Origin: Bacteroidales bacterium
GTDB lineage: Bacteria > Bacteroidota > Bacteroidia > Bacteroidales > WCHB1-69
Length of the DNA stretch: 64,000 bases
Assembly: GCA_016285085.1 (NCBI GenBank)
Contig: JAEEQA010000006.1
Location: 3,412 to 67,411, forward strand
Direction of reading: 5' to 3'
This document shows, piece after piece, positions 49,504 to 60,118 of the stretch. Each line of letters opens with the position of its first letter. Positions within the stretch are counted from its first letter, which is position 1. The position numbers and the translations under genes were made by a program. The notes under the pieces are model-generated. The model was given only the letters and a program-made list of their open reading frames with translations. It was not told the DNA's origin and made no database searches.

Positions 49504-50917
49504 GTTGTCCCACTAGTTGCCTCGCTGTGACGGTGACGCCCAGTATTCCGTGGAAGTTTACGTTTTGCCCTGTAAGGTACAGGTTGGGAACGGGCGTGCG
49601 GGGCGGTAGGAAAGTGGTCATCACATGTTCACAATCCTTGATGATGCCGTAGGCACTGCCCTCGTGCGTACCCGTGTAATCGCGGTAGGTAAGGGGCGTG
49701 GAGGTGAAAATATTTTCAATATTTCCTTTTAAATCGGTCAAATAGGGTTCAACTAACTGGATGAGTTTTTCCGCCGTACGCAGCTTGAACGCCTCGTAGT
49801 CGTCGCCGCGCCGCCCGCACCGGCTCTCTGCCCATTGCGCCACGTCCGCCCACGCCATCGGCGTGAACAGGTCGATATTGCGGGCAAAACCGCCCTCTTC
49901 CGGCACCGCGAAGTGGACACCGACCGACCGGCAGCTGCCGTCCCCTTCCCACAGATCGGCACGGTCGTGGACGAACATATTGCGGTTGCGATACGCTACC
50001 TTGCCGGGCTTCAGCAGCAAATGGGCCGTGAACATCCCCGCGCTGTTCGGCAGCGAGCAGAGCCTCGCACGGTACGCCCTCCGGACGAGGCCTTCGGGCA
50101 GTATCTCCATCAACAGCGCCGGGTGGATGTCGGAAATCACCATATCACAAGTGACGGTGTCGCCGTTGGCTGTTGTAACGCCCGTAATCCGCCCCTCGTT
50201 GGCTGTGAAGCCCGTTGCGGGCGACGAGGTTCGTATTTCACCGCCGTGGCTGCGGATGCCGTCGGCAAGCACCTCGGCAATCTGCTGGCCGCCGCCTTTC
50301 AGCCGCCATGCACTCTGGATGAACGTGCCGTTGGTCTGGGCAAAGATATAAAGCGGCAACTGCCGGCTCAACTCCATCTTCAACGATGTGCCGGACAATA
50401 CATTGCGGAGCTTTTCGTCCGTAAAAGCCGTTTGCAGGTAGTGGTAGGCAGATTGTCCCAACAGCGCCGAACTTTCGGAGGACTCCATCGGATTTTTGCT
50501 GAAAAGCCCCTGCAAGCCCGCCTGCGACTTCCGCAACAACTGCACATAGTGTGTGATTTCTTCCTTTTGATGTGGGAAATAGGAAATCATCTTCTCTGTA
50601 AATTCATCATAACCATTTACAAATGAGAAGGTTTCTCCCTGATAAAAAATCTCGTCAAAATTATCGCGGTCCAGCGGCTGCCACGGGAGCCGGTTCAAAC
50701 CGAAGGGCTCGAACAGGCGGTGCAGGATTTCCCCTTCGCCCAAGCCGCCCACATAGTGGACGCCTGTGTCGAAAAGCTGTCCGTGGCGGCGGAACGACTG
50801 CAGACAGCCGCCCACCATAGGATTCTTTTCCAAAACACAGATCTCGTGCCCCTGTTTGGAAAGCAGAAAGCCACATTCCAAACCGCCCAAGCCCGCACCG
50901 ATGATAACAATTTTCAT
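49490..50917 (-). CDS. NAD(P)/FAD-dependent oxidoreductase, phytoene-desaturase (CrtI)-like family
   Basis: The Rossmann motif is MKIVIIGAGLGGLECGFLL...G.EICVLEKN...GG. It is 475 aa. Confidence 0.75.
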   Translation of the reverse strand: MKIVIIGAGLGGLECGFLLSKQGHEICVLEKNPMVGGCLQSFRRHGQLFDTGVHYVGGLGEGEILHRLFEPFGLNRLPWQPLDRDNFDEIFYQGETFSFVNGYDEFTEKMISYFPHQKEEITHYVQLLRKSQAGLQGLFSKNPMESSESSALLGQSAYHYLQTAFTDEKLRNVLSGTSLKMELSRQLPLYIFAQTNGTFIQSAWRLKGGGQQIAEVLADGIRSHGGEIRTSSPATGFTANEGRITGVTTANGDTVTCDMVISDIHPALLMEILPEGLVRRAYRARLCSLPNSAGMFTAHLLLKPGKVAYRNRNMFVHDRADLWEGDGSCRSVGVHFAVPEEGGFARNIDLFTPMAWADVAQWAESRCGRRGDDYEAFKLRTAEKLIQLVEPYLTDLKGNIENIFTSTPLTYRDYTGTHEGSAYGIIKDCEHVMTTFLPPRTPVPNLYLTGQNVNFHGILGVTVTARQLVGQLTPQ

Positions 50918-50929
50918 AGAATCAGTTTT

Positions 50930-53410
50930 TTACCACTCCACTGCGAGCTTCAGGTTGATGAGGCGCGGGGTGAGGTAGTTGGGTACCGCTGTCTGAACGT
51001 TGTTGATGTCGGTAACCCAGATATAGGAGGATACATTATTGATTCCCAGAATGTTAAAAACCTCAAGATAAAGTCCCGCATTCTTGATGGAGCGGAGGAA
51101 TTTGCTCTTGTGTTTCATGCGGTCGCGGCTCTGTTCCAGGAACATGTAGGAGAAACCGACATCCACGCGACGGTACCACGGCATCCGCAGGACCTGTTGG
51201 TAGCGTTGCGCGTTGGGCGCGCCGTAGGGCAAGCCGCTGGAAAAGATGAAGTTGAGATGTACGCGCAACGGAGTGTAGAACGGCACATGGTCTTGGAAGA
51301 AGATGTTGATGGCGAAGCGTTGGTCGGTGGGGAGGGGAATATAGCCGGGCTCGACGTAGTTGCCGTTGGCATCATAGTAGTAATCGTGAAGGAGGTCCTC
51401 GGCGGCCCGCATCAGCGACAGGGAGATCCATGACTCCAGCCCGCGGATGAACTCGCCGCTCAGTTTCACATCGAATCCGGTGGCGTATCCTTTGGCATCG
51501 TTTTCGCCAGAATAGATAATCTTCACATTGTCAACGGTATAGGAGATGAGGTTGGTGAGATATTTGTAGTAGGCCTCCATGCTGAGTTTGAAGGGGCGGT
51601 TCCAGATCTTGAAACTGTAGTCGCCGGAGAGGGCCACTTGGTAGGAGTGCTGGCTCTTGATGTGTTCGTTGAGCGTGCCGTCGGGGCGGCGCATTTCGCG
51701 GTAGAAGGCGGGTTGGTAGTAGCTGCCGGCCTTGAAGCGGAACACCCACTGATGCTCCCAGTGCGGGGAATAGGAGAGGATGAATCGCGGCGACACCGTG
51801 AATTCGTTGTTGAAGGTCCAGTAGTGGGCGCGGAGACCGCTGTTGAGGACAAACTCGCCGGCATCGTCGAGGGTCCAGTTCGACTGCACGAAGCCGGTCA
51901 TGCGCCATGTGTTGATGCGGTTGTCGGCAGCGAAGTAATGGCCGAAGTCCAGTATTCGCGACGGGTCGTCGTCGCCGACGGCAATACCCGGATGCGTCTG
52001 GATGCAGGGCAGCGTATAGCCGCTGGAGTCGGTCAGTTTCCACTCTTTGATGTGGTCGTTGATGATCTCGCTCTGCGCCTTGACGCCCCATTCGACGCGG
52101 TTGCGGGGGAAGGTGTGGCTGCCGCGCAGGTCGAGGGCGGTGACGAGGGCGGTGAGGCGGTTGCGGGCGTGTTCGAGGAATGTGCCGTAGCCGCGCACGT
52201 CCACCACTTCGGCGATGTCGCTGCTGCTGCTGCCCAAGTCGGCCTCGATGTCCTTCAGCCAGTACTGGCTTTGGATGTCGTAGGCTTCCGTTTCCCTGGC
52301 GTAATAAGAGGAGGCGATGAGACGGTACTCGTCGCGCTGGTTCGGGGTAAAGCCGAGGGTGAGGCCGCCGAGATAGCTCTCGTATTGGTCCACTTCCTGC
52401 CCGTCGAAGAAGATGGTGAGTCGCTGTGAGTTCTGGAAGGTGCCGAAGTTGGTCTCGCGGTCCTCCGGGATGTATTTGTACGTGTTCCGGGAGAAGTTGC
52501 CGAGCAGTTCCAGCCGCCATTTCGGGGCGAGCCGCCAAGTGAGGAGCATCTGCGTGTCGAAGAAGTTGGGTTTGTAGGTGCCTTTGGTTTCCATCGACTT
52601 CAGCAGGTAGCTGTTGGTTTTGTAGCGGACACCGACGAGGTAGGTGAAAAGTCCGTCCTTGACGTTGCCTTCGGCGTGGGCCGATGCACCGAGGAAGCTG
52701 GCGGTAATGGAGCCGCCGTAGCCCGTCGGCTTCTTGTACTCCACGTCCAAAACCGACGACATCTTGTCGCCGTACTTGGCTTCAAAGCCGCCCGCCGAGA
52801 ACTTCACGTTGCGGGTGAGGTCGAGGTTGACGAAACCGAGCCCTTCCTGCTGGGCGCTGCGCACGAGGAAAGGACGGTATATCTGGATGTCATTGACAAA
52901 GATGAGGTTTTCGTCGTAGTTGCCGCCGCGCACGTTGTACTGGCTGCTCAGCTCATTGGTGGACGAGGTGCCGGGCATCGACTTGATGAGGGCCTCCACG
53001 CCGCCCGTGGGCGAGGGCATCTTGTACGACAACTGCGGGTTGATGCGGGTGTAGGAATCATTGTACGAGTCGGTTACGGAAACGGCCTCCAGCACCTGTC
53101 CCGACGGGGTCATCACAATGCGGAAGGTGGTGTCCAAACCTTTGGGGATGCGGATGGCAATGACGGTGTCCTGGTACGAAACGCGCCGGAAAAGGAAATC
53201 CATGCGCTTGTTCGCCGGTATCTTCATGGAGAACTCGCCCTTTTCCGTGGAAATGGTGGTAAGGTCGTCGTCGTGGGTGGAGGCCACCACCACGTTGTCC
53301 ACAGGCTGTCCGGCATTATCGACAATCACCCCCTTAAACGTAATATTCTGGCCGACAGCCGTAATTGCCGAAAGCCAGAACAGGAGGATGATAAAAATGT
53401 TTTTTTTCAA
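50930..53410 (-). CDS. TonB-dependent receptor with an N-terminal carboxypeptidase-regulatory-like domain
   Basis: It has a signal peptide, the pattern ITFKGVIVDNAGQPVDNVVVAS, plug-like motifs and 826 aa. The C-terminal strand ends in W. Confidence 0.8.
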   Translation of the reverse strand: MKKNIFIILLFWLSAITAVGQNITFKGVIVDNAGQPVDNVVVASTHDDDLTTISTEKGEFSMKIPANKRMDFLFRRVSYQDTVIAIRIPKGLDTTFRIVMTPSGQVLEAVSVTDSYNDSYTRINPQLSYKMPSPTGGVEALIKSMPGTSSTNELSSQYNVRGGNYDENLIFVNDIQIYRPFLVRSAQQEGLGFVNLDLTRNVKFSAGGFEAKYGDKMSSVLDVEYKKPTGYGGSITASFLGASAHAEGNVKDGLFTYLVGVRYKTNSYLLKSMETKGTYKPNFFDTQMLLTWRLAPKWRLELLGNFSRNTYKYIPEDRETNFGTFQNSQRLTIFFDGQEVDQYESYLGGLTLGFTPNQRDEYRLIASSYYARETEAYDIQSQYWLKDIEADLGSSSSDIAEVVDVRGYGTFLEHARNRLTALVTALDLRGSHTFPRNRVEWGVKAQSEIINDHIKEWKLTDSSGYTLPCIQTHPGIAVGDDDPSRILDFGHYFAADNRINTWRMTGFVQSNWTLDDAGEFVLNSGLRAHYWTFNNEFTVSPRFILSYSPHWEHQWVFRFKAGSYYQPAFYREMRRPDGTLNEHIKSQHSYQVALSGDYSFKIWNRPFKLSMEAYYKYLTNLISYTVDNVKIIYSGENDAKGYATGFDVKLSGEFIRGLESWISLSLMRAAEDLLHDYYYDANGNYVEPGYIPLPTDQRFAINIFFQDHVPFYTPLRVHLNFIFSSGLPYGAPNAQRYQQVLRMPWYRRVDVGFSYMFLEQSRDRMKHKSKFLRSIKNAGLYLEVFNILGINNVSSYIWVTDINNVQTAVPNYLTPRLINLKLAVEW

Positions 53411-53491
53411 TGCCAGCCGGATTATTTTATAGTAAAGTACAACTCGTTAATAACTTAAAATCGGGCTACTTATTGCATAAATGGTGAAAAT

Positions 53492-53524
53492 AAAAAGAGG
53501 TGACGTTTCCGCCACCTCTTTTTG
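53492..53524. terminator. Rho-independent terminator downstream of the C1 peptidase gene
   Basis: AAAAAGAGGTG-(10 nt)-CACCTCTTTTT has A/T runs on both sides. Confidence 0.65.
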
Positions 53525-53539
53525 TGTAATTCCGTATCT

Positions 53540-54763
53540 TTATTTGATACCGAGTTTCTTCTTGATGTCTTTCGGAAGAGCGTCCTTGTGAACCACGATG
53601 TTCATCGTTTTGTAGCGGACGAATGCCTTGCTGGCATAGAACATTCCGTGATAGACATTGTAGTCACCCCAGCTGTTCTTCACCATATAATATTCGTTGC
53701 CATTCTGGTCTTTCGCCTTTCCGTAGATCAGCATGCCGTGGTCGTCGGTGGTTTCCCAGTTGTCGAATGCCTCTTGGCGTTCCTCCTGGGTGACCCAACG
53801 CTGCGGGGTGGGGTGCTTGGCAGCCTCATCCTGGATTTCCTTGGCGCTCATGCCGGTCCAGTGGGCCATGTCGCTGCCGACCATTGCGGAAGCCTTCGTT
53901 TCGGGAAGCACGCAGAAACCTTTCTTCGAACCCATGCGGAAGCCCTGCTCGCTGACGTCGGAACCCCAAGCGATGGTGTAGCCGTTGTCGATGGCGTTGT
54001 CAAAAACCTGCATGAACTCATCCAGCGGGAGGTTGTAGCACTGGCTCCAGCGCCAGTTGTCCTGGATCTCCAAGACGAACTTCTCGTAGAAAGGATGATG
54101 CGTGTAAGAGGTGATGGAGACATAATCATCGGGGTTCAAACCGAGGGATTCGTAGAAGGATTTCGGAGTGTATTTCTTGCCGTTGTAGGTAAATTCCTCC
54201 GGGCATTTTCCAAGGTAAACCTCGTGGATGGCGCGGATGGCTTCCAGCCAGAGGGGACCGTTTGCACCCTTCTGGAGTTTCTTGTGCTCGCCGCCGGCGA
54301 TGGCTTTGACAACTGCATCGGAAACAGCGGAGAGTTCAGAATGGTCGGACAGCGTGTCGCCGTAAGCGGCACCTGCGGGCATCTCTGAATCAGGCACGAG
54401 ACCGAAGGTCTTCATACCGTAAATCACATCGTAGAAAGAACCGCCCTGAGAGAAGGAGACGTCACCGTGGGTACGGACGGCTGCCTTGGCGCGGTCAATA
54501 TACGTATTGGAAACGATGAACATTTCAGATAAATCGTACTCCCCTTTTCCCATACGGAGAAGTTCTGCTTCGATGAAGCCCAGACCGGAGTAGCACCAGC
54601 ATGTGCCCGCACGGTTCTGGTCCTTGACAGAAGTGACGGGTATTTCCTTCACGACAGTGAATTTGTAACCTTCGTCATCCTTCTTTTCTTTGTCCTCCTG
54701 AGCCTGTACATTCAGGCAGAAGGTGAAAGCCGCGATAACGGCAAAGATGATTCCTTTTTTCAT
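53540..54763 (-). CDS. C1-family cysteine peptidase (aminopeptidase C / bleomycin-hydrolase-like) with signal peptide
   Basis: VKDQNRAGTCWCYSGLGFIEAE carries the catalytic Cys. The C-terminal half has ...DDHGMLIYG...YMVKNSWG (His/Asn region). Confidence 0.82.
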   Translation of the reverse strand: MKKGIIFAVIAAFTFCLNVQAQEDKEKKDDEGYKFTVVKEIPVTSVKDQNRAGTCWCYSGLGFIEAELLRMGKGEYDLSEMFIVSNTYIDRAKAAVRTHGDVSFSQGGSFYDVIYGMKTFGLVPDSEMPAGAAYGDTLSDHSELSAVSDAVVKAIAGGEHKKLQKGANGPLWLEAIRAIHEVYLGKCPEEFTYNGKKYTPKSFYESLGLNPDDYVSITSYTHHPFYEKFVLEIQDNWRWSQCYNLPLDEFMQVFDNAIDNGYTIAWGSDVSEQGFRMGSKKGFCVLPETKASAMVGSDMAHWTGMSAKEIQDEAAKHPTPQRWVTQEERQEAFDNWETTDDHGMLIYGKAKDQNGNEYYMVKNSWGDYNVYHGMFYASKAFVRYKTMNIVVHKDALPKDIKKKLGIK

Positions 54764-54829
54764 AAAAAATTGATTTTTGATTAGTTATAAAATATTTTAA
54801 ACAATTTTACAATTTTAGAAATGAGGTTG

Positions 54830-54837
54830 CAAAGTTA
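54830..54837 (-). promoter_or_regulatory. Bacteroidota -7 promoter box (TAACTTTG on the minus strand) for the C1 peptidase gene
   Basis: CAAAGTTA on the plus strand lies 67 nt upstream of the start at 54763. Confidence 0.4.
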
Positions 54838-54851
54838 CATTAATTTTCGTG

Positions 54852-54859
54852 TAAATTTG
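54852..54859 (+). promoter_or_regulatory. Bacteroidota -7 promoter box (TAAATTTG) for the phosphohexomutase gene
   Basis: GTGTAAATTTGCAG lies 60 nt upstream of the ATG at 54919. Confidence 0.4.
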
Positions 54860-54918
54860 CAGCTGCATTTTCAATCGTTAAAATAATTCAATAAAAATAT
54901 CACTTAATACTACACTGT

Positions 54919-56631
54919 ATGGAAATAATGGACAGAGTAAATACTTGGTTGAACGATGATTATGATATTGAAACCAAGAACGAGATCCGTCGCCTGATAG
55001 CGGAGGACCCGAATGAACTGAACGAATCGTTTTACCGCACGCTGGAATTCGGCACGGGCGGTCTGCGCGGCATCATGGGTGTCGGGCCGAACCGCATGAA
55101 CAAATATACGGTGGCTTCCGCCACGCAGGGGCTGGCCAACTACATGAAGAAGAACTTTCCGGGCATGGACCTGAAGGTGGCCGTCGCGCACGACTCGCGC
55201 AACAACAGCCGCCACTTCGCCGAGGTGACCGCCGAAGTGATGGCCGCCAACGGCATCCATTGCTATCTTTTCGAGGACTTGCGCCCCACGCCCGAACTGT
55301 CGTTTGCCGTCCGCCATCTGCACTGCCAGGCCGGCGTGATGGTGACCGCCTCGCACAACCCGAAGGAATACAACGGCTACAAGGCCTACTGGGACGATGG
55401 CGGCCAGATCGTGCCCCCGCACGACAAAGCCATCATCGCCGAGGTGAACGCCGTCACCTCGCTGTCGCAAATCCACTGGAAAGGCAATCCCGACAAGATC
55501 CAAATCATTGGCAAAGAGGTGGATGATGTCTATTTGGCCAAGATTCTGGCACTGTCCGGAAATCCGGAGGCCATCCGCCGCCATCCCAACCTCAGCATCG
55601 TCTATACCCCGCTGCACGGCACAGGAATCACCATGGTGCCGAAAGCGCTGGAAATGTACGGCTTCACCAACGTCACCGTCTTGGAGTCGCAGCGCACGCC
55701 CGACGGCAACTTCCCCACCGTGGCCTCGCCCAACCCCGAAGAGAAGTCGGCGATGGAACTGACCATCCGCAAGGCCGATGAGATCGGCGCGGACCTTGTC
55801 CTCGCCACCGACCCCGACGCCGACCGCGTGGGCATCGCCGTCCGTAACGACCACGGCGAGATGGAGCTGTTCAACGGCAACATGACCGGCTCCCTCCTCG
55901 TCTATCACCTCCTGTCGCAATGGCAGAAAAACGGAAAACTCACCGGCAAGGAGTTCATTGTCAAGACCATCGTCACCACCGAACTGATCCGCGCCATCGC
56001 CGAGTCGTTCAAGGTCGAAAGCTTCGACGTGCTGACGGGCTTCAAATACATTGCCGAAAAGATCAAGGAGCAGGTGGGGCACACCTTCATCGTGGGCGGC
56101 GAGGAGAGCTACGGCTACCTCGTCGGCGACTTCGTGCGCGACAAGGACGCCGTCAGCGCCTGCTGCATGATTGCGGAACTCGCCGCCTGCCTCGCCGACG
56201 AAGGCAAAACCCTCTACACACAGTTGAAGGAACTCTATGTGAAATACGGTTTCTACAAGGAAGACCTGCTCTCCATCACCAAGAAGGGGCAGTCGGGTGC
56301 GGCGGAAATCCAAAAGATGATGGACGACTTCCGCAGCTGCCCGCCGAAGGAAATCAACGGTTCTCCTGTGACAAAAGTCATTGACTACAAAGCAAGTACT
56401 ACCACGTTGAGTGACGGCACCGTCACGCCCATCGACCTGCCGAAGTCGGACGTGCTGCAGTTCTTCACCGCCGACGGCACGAAGGTCACGGTGCGCCCGT
56501 CCGGCACGGAGCCGAAAATCAAGTTCTACTTCGGCGTGAAGGAACCGCTGAACGAAATCACTGACTTCGAGAAGGTGCGGAACGAGCTGGCGGACAAAAT
56601 CGCCACGGTGAGGAAATCATTAAATTTGTAA
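54919..56631 (+). CDS. Phospho-sugar mutase (phosphoglucomutase/phosphomannomutase family)
   Basis: GVMVTASHNPKEYNGYK is the active-site Ser loop, ATDPDADRVG is the metal loop and GGEESYGYL is the sugar-binding loop. It is 570 aa. Confidence 0.92.
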   Translation: MEIMDRVNTWLNDDYDIETKNEIRRLIAEDPNELNESFYRTLEFGTGGLRGIMGVGPNRMNKYTVASATQGLANYMKKNFPGMDLKVAVAHDSRNNSRHFAEVTAEVMAANGIHCYLFEDLRPTPELSFAVRHLHCQAGVMVTASHNPKEYNGYKAYWDDGGQIVPPHDKAIIAEVNAVTSLSQIHWKGNPDKIQIIGKEVDDVYLAKILALSGNPEAIRRHPNLSIVYTPLHGTGITMVPKALEMYGFTNVTVLESQRTPDGNFPTVASPNPEEKSAMELTIRKADEIGADLVLATDPDADRVGIAVRNDHGEMELFNGNMTGSLLVYHLLSQWQKNGKLTGKEFIVKTIVTTELIRAIAESFKVESFDVLTGFKYIAEKIKEQVGHTFIVGGEESYGYLVGDFVRDKDAVSACCMIAELAACLADEGKTLYTQLKELYVKYGFYKEDLLSITKKGQSGAAEIQKMMDDFRSCPPKEINGSPVTKVIDYKASTTTLSDGTVTPIDLPKSDVLQFFTADGTKVTVRPSGTEPKIKFYFGVKEPLNEITDFEKVRNELADKIATVRKSLNL

Positions 56632-56662
56632 CCCCTTTTATAAACCCTTTAAATATTTTCTT

Positions 56663-57097
56663 ATGGAAGAAAAAGAATTACAAATGATGGAAACAGCCAG
56701 AGAGTATGTCCGCTCTGCTGGCAAATGGATACAATTTATGGCCATACTTTTATGCATCAGTATTGCCTTTATGTTCCTCGCCGGAATTATGATGATGGCA
56801 TTTTCCGGTGCAGGTTTGCACCTTGGCTATTACCCCATGGAAGGGTTTCTCACCATTACAATGGGCGTCATCTACCTGATTATGGCAGGAATCTACATCT
56901 ACCCCGCTCTCTGCCTCCTTCGTGCAGCGAAAGCAGCCAAAGAGGCGGTAGAGTTCAACAACAACGAGCAGATGGTGGAATTTCTCCGCAACAACAAGAC
57001 ATTCTGGAAGTTCTGCGGCATTTTCACCATTGTATGCTTTGGGTTGGCTGTGCTGATTGGAGTTGTGGGAATCATCATTGCATTTGCAACATTGTAA
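56663..57097 (+). CDS. Small membrane protein (DUF5362-like), four predicted TM helices
   Basis: It is a 144-aa hydrophobic ORF with good coding character. The family name is from memory only. Confidence 0.5.
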   Translation: MEEKELQMMETAREYVRSAGKWIQFMAILLCISIAFMFLAGIMMMAFSGAGLHLGYYPMEGFLTITMGVIYLIMAGIYIYPALCLLRAAKAAKEAVEFNNNEQMVEFLRNNKTFWKFCGIFTIVCFGLAVLIGVVGIIIAFATL

Positions 57098-57122
57098 CGA
57101 TTTCCAATCCAAAATAAAGAAG

Positions 57123-57147
57123 GCGGGATTTTCATCTCGCTTTTTTT
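57123..57147 (+). terminator. Weak rho-independent terminator
   Basis: GCGGGA-TTTTCA-TCTCGC (one G-U pair) is followed by T7. Confidence 0.4.
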
Positions 57148-57251
57148 ATTATAGAGACGCCTATGGTTATGGATATCCAGAGATTCTATCCCAAAACGAT
57201 GGGGAGAATCGCTACTCATATACCAGTAGCACTTATTTCGAATACAAATAA

Positions 57252-59084
57252 TCACCCCCTCACCTTCATCTCACACCTTGCACAGTCAAACTCAAGGTTG
57301 AAACGGAAGTTACCCGTCTGCAGCGTCCAGGGTTCGGGATGGCGGTCGGTGGCGTGCGGCTGTTTGCGACACATGCCGAGCGTGTAGCGGATGCAGTGAC
57401 GGCAAGTCATCAGTACGGCGTTTTCAACGGCACTTTTCTCAAAAGCCGGTTCTATGGTTTTGATTCCGTGAAGTTTGTAAAACTCCCGCGCCTTCGTGTT
57501 CATCACGTTGCCCCGGTAGGTGAGCGTGTCACCGTCGGGCGAGGGAAACGGAAAATCGTTGGGGGTGACGAGCTGGCCGAAGGGCCTCCGGTGACTTTCC
57601 GCACGCGCCTCCGTGAGCCGCTCCACCGCCGTGCGGCGCCACTCGTTCACCACCGAGGCCGGGAAAAAGTAAGGTTGGGTGGTTCGTACCTCCACACCCA
57701 TCGGGTAGTACGGCGTGCCGCCCAGTTTCGACAGCGCGGTCTTCAGGTTGGCGATAGCGATGTCGCCCTTTTGCGACAGCTCCTTCTTATAGGCGAACTC
57801 TTGCGTGACCGCAACCCCGTCCTCGTCCGTGAGCATCAACGCAAAGCCGTCGGGCGTTTCCGAAAGCAACAGATTCACGCCTATTTTCCGAACCGCCGAA
57901 TCGCCCGCCAACAGCTTGTCGAACGCCGCGTCCGAGTTGCGGTACAGCGGCATCCCCGCCGTCAGTCCGGCGACGGGATCCAACGTGGTGAGTCGATTGC
58001 CCTCCGCCTTGTTGATGCGGAAGCCGCAAAGCTCGCCGTCCGTGTCGATAAAGCCGAGACCGTCACCGTTGTGAAGTTCCTTCGCTGTATCTACCATCAA
58101 GTTGCGGCCGTTGACCGCCACGAGCGTGCCCAGCGGTTCCCCGATGGATTTGGGCGTGTCGGGATTCACCATCACGTTCTCACGGCCGTGCAGAAAGTAG
58201 TCGGTCTTTCCGCGGTTGAACGTCTTCTGCGGGTCGGGGTCGAAGGTGAATATCTCCTTACCTGACGATGCCTTTTCAAATCGGGCATCTTTTTCCAACA
58301 GATTATCAATGCGTTGCCGGTAAAATGCCGTCACGTTTTTCACATAATCCATCCTCTTCAGCCGGCCCTCAATCTTGAACGAGGTGATGCCAGCCTCCAG
58401 AAGTTCCGCCAAATAGTCGGAACGGTCCATATCCTTGAGCGACAGCAGATGACTGTGGTCGCGGATGACCTTCCCGTTCGCGTCGGTCAGCGTATAGGGC
58501 AGCCGGCAGAACTGGGCGCACTCGCCACGGTTGGCGCTACGGCTAGTGCAAGCGTGGCTCATGTAGCACTGACCGCTGTAGCTCACGCACAAAGCACCGT
58601 GCACAAAAGCCTCCAGCTCGATGGTGGTCTGCTGCCTGATTTCACGAATCTGTTCCAACGAAAGTTCACGGGCGAGGATGGCACGCTGCATACCCACCTT
58701 CTCCCAAAACAGCACCTTTTCGGCCGTGCGGTTGTCGGTCTGCGTGCTGGCATGCAGGGCGATGGGCGGAATGTCCAGCTGCAGAATGCCTACATCCTGG
58801 ATAATCAAGGCATCGGCGCCCGTATCGTACAGACGGAATATCAGTTTACGCGCCTCCTCCAGCTCCTCGTCGGTGAGGATGGTGTTGAGGGCGACATGGA
58901 CATGGGCGTGATAGAGGTGGGCGTAGCGGCACAGCCGCTCAATGTCGGCTAAGGAGTTTCCCGCGGCGACCCGCGCCCCGAACTTGGGAGCGCCCACATA
59001 CACCGCATCCGCGCCGTGGTTGATAGCCGCCACGCCGCAATCGTAATCCTTGGCCGGAGCCAGCAACTCAATCTTCTGTGCCAT
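57252..59084 (-). CDS. Peptidase U32 (PrtC)-family protein, long form
   Basis: MAQKIELLAPAKDYDCGVAAINHGADAVYVGAPKFGAR ... YSGQCYMSH. The internal ATG at 59084 is preferred; the upstream extension overlaps the preceding gene. Confidence 0.85.
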   Translation of the reverse strand: MAQKIELLAPAKDYDCGVAAINHGADAVYVGAPKFGARVAAGNSLADIERLCRYAHLYHAHVHVALNTILTDEELEEARKLIFRLYDTGADALIIQDVGILQLDIPPIALHASTQTDNRTAEKVLFWEKVGMQRAILARELSLEQIREIRQQTTIELEAFVHGALCVSYSGQCYMSHACTSRSANRGECAQFCRLPYTLTDANGKVIRDHSHLLSLKDMDRSDYLAELLEAGITSFKIEGRLKRMDYVKNVTAFYRQRIDNLLEKDARFEKASSGKEIFTFDPDPQKTFNRGKTDYFLHGRENVMVNPDTPKSIGEPLGTLVAVNGRNLMVDTAKELHNGDGLGFIDTDGELCGFRINKAEGNRLTTLDPVAGLTAGMPLYRNSDAAFDKLLAGDSAVRKIGVNLLLSETPDGFALMLTDEDGVAVTQEFAYKKELSQKGDIAIANLKTALSKLGGTPYYPMGVEVRTTQPYFFPASVVNEWRRTAVERLTEARAESHRRPFGQLVTPNDFPFPSPDGDTLTYRGNVMNTKAREFYKLHGIKTIEPAFEKSAVENAVLMTCRHCIRYTLGMCRKQPHATDRHPEPWTLQTGNFRFNLEFDCARCEMKVRG

Positions 59085-59086
59085 GC

Positions 59087-60112
59087 CTACTCCTTCGGTA
59101 TCTCCTTGTTGAAAAGCATCTTGATCTGCTTGGCCTGGTCTCCCTGACAAATCACCGGCTCTTCGGTGGCGGGACTGAGCACCACTTCCACTGTGTCTTC
59201 GTCCAATGGACGGTACTTGATGATGCTGGGGTAGGCCACGGCATAGCTCGGATTGATGAGGCAGAAATCGACGAAGTCGAGGAAGGAGATGGCGGTTTCA
59301 AATGTCTCGGTGCTCAGGAAGGTCTTGCCGTTGCGGGTAAAGACGCGGGTCTGCGTACCCTCCTTGTGGAAATAGGCAATCAGGTCCTGGTTCACCTTCT
59401 GGCTGTTGTTGCCCGAATAGAGATAGAGGTAGGTCTTTTGCAGACGGGAGTTGTTGAACTCCTGCGACTTGCGGATGCGCCCGTTGGCATCGTAGGTGTC
59501 CCACGTTTTGATCTTCAAATCGTTGTGATACATTCCGCGGATGAAAATCTGCTCGCCGGGATAGTAAGTTTCCGTAATGCCGTTCATCTTTCCGTCGATG
59601 TAGTCGATGCGGGTGCTGATCTTGCCATCGGCGAAGAAGGTGCGGCAGGTGCCGTTCCGCTTGTCGCCACGGTAGAAGTCCTCTTCCAGAAGGGTGCCGG
59701 TCTGGCTGGAGTAGGTGCGCCATGCGCCCTCCTTCTTTCCTTTGTCGTAACCTTCTGTTTTGATGAGCGTTCCAGCGGAATTGTAGTAATTCCAGATACT
59801 GTCTTTCTGCTGGTCGATGAAGTTTCCTTCGGCGGCTTTCCTGCCCTGCTCGTCATACATCACGGTATGCACTTTGTGGACACCCTGCATGAAGTAGCTT
59901 GTGCTTTTCAGCTTCCCGTTCGGGTAATAGTACTTGAACTCGCCGACGGGAACGTCGTTGGCAAACGTGCCCTCGTAGAGGAGGACGTTCTTGTCGTCGT
60001 ACTTCTTCCAGTAACCTTGTTTTTTGCCTTTGCTATTAAGCTGATTGATTGGATTTTGCGCCATCATGAAGGGACACAGGACCATCAGCAGGAGGAACAG
60101 TTTGATTTTCAT
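59087..60112 (-). CDS. Secreted MORN-repeat-variant (YwqK-like) protein
   Basis: It has a signal peptide plus repeated G.W..Y...G.L..EG.F..G...G motifs (KKQGYWKKYDDKNVLLYEGTF, KKEGAWRTYSSQTGTLLEEDFY, KRNGTCRTFFADGKI). Confidence 0.7.
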   Translation of the reverse strand: MKIKLFLLLMVLCPFMMAQNPINQLNSKGKKQGYWKKYDDKNVLLYEGTFANDVPVGEFKYYYPNGKLKSTSYFMQGVHKVHTVMYDEQGRKAAEGNFIDQQKDSIWNYYNSAGTLIKTEGYDKGKKEGAWRTYSSQTGTLLEEDFYRGDKRNGTCRTFFADGKISTRIDYIDGKMNGITETYYPGEQIFIRGMYHNDLKIKTWDTYDANGRIRKSQEFNNSRLQKTYLYLYSGNNSQKVNQDLIAYFHKEGTQTRVFTRNGKTFLSTETFETAISFLDFVDFCLINPSYAVAYPSIIKYRPLDEDTVEVVLSPATEEPVICQGDQAKQIKMLFNKEIPKE

Positions 60113-60118
60113 AGCGGT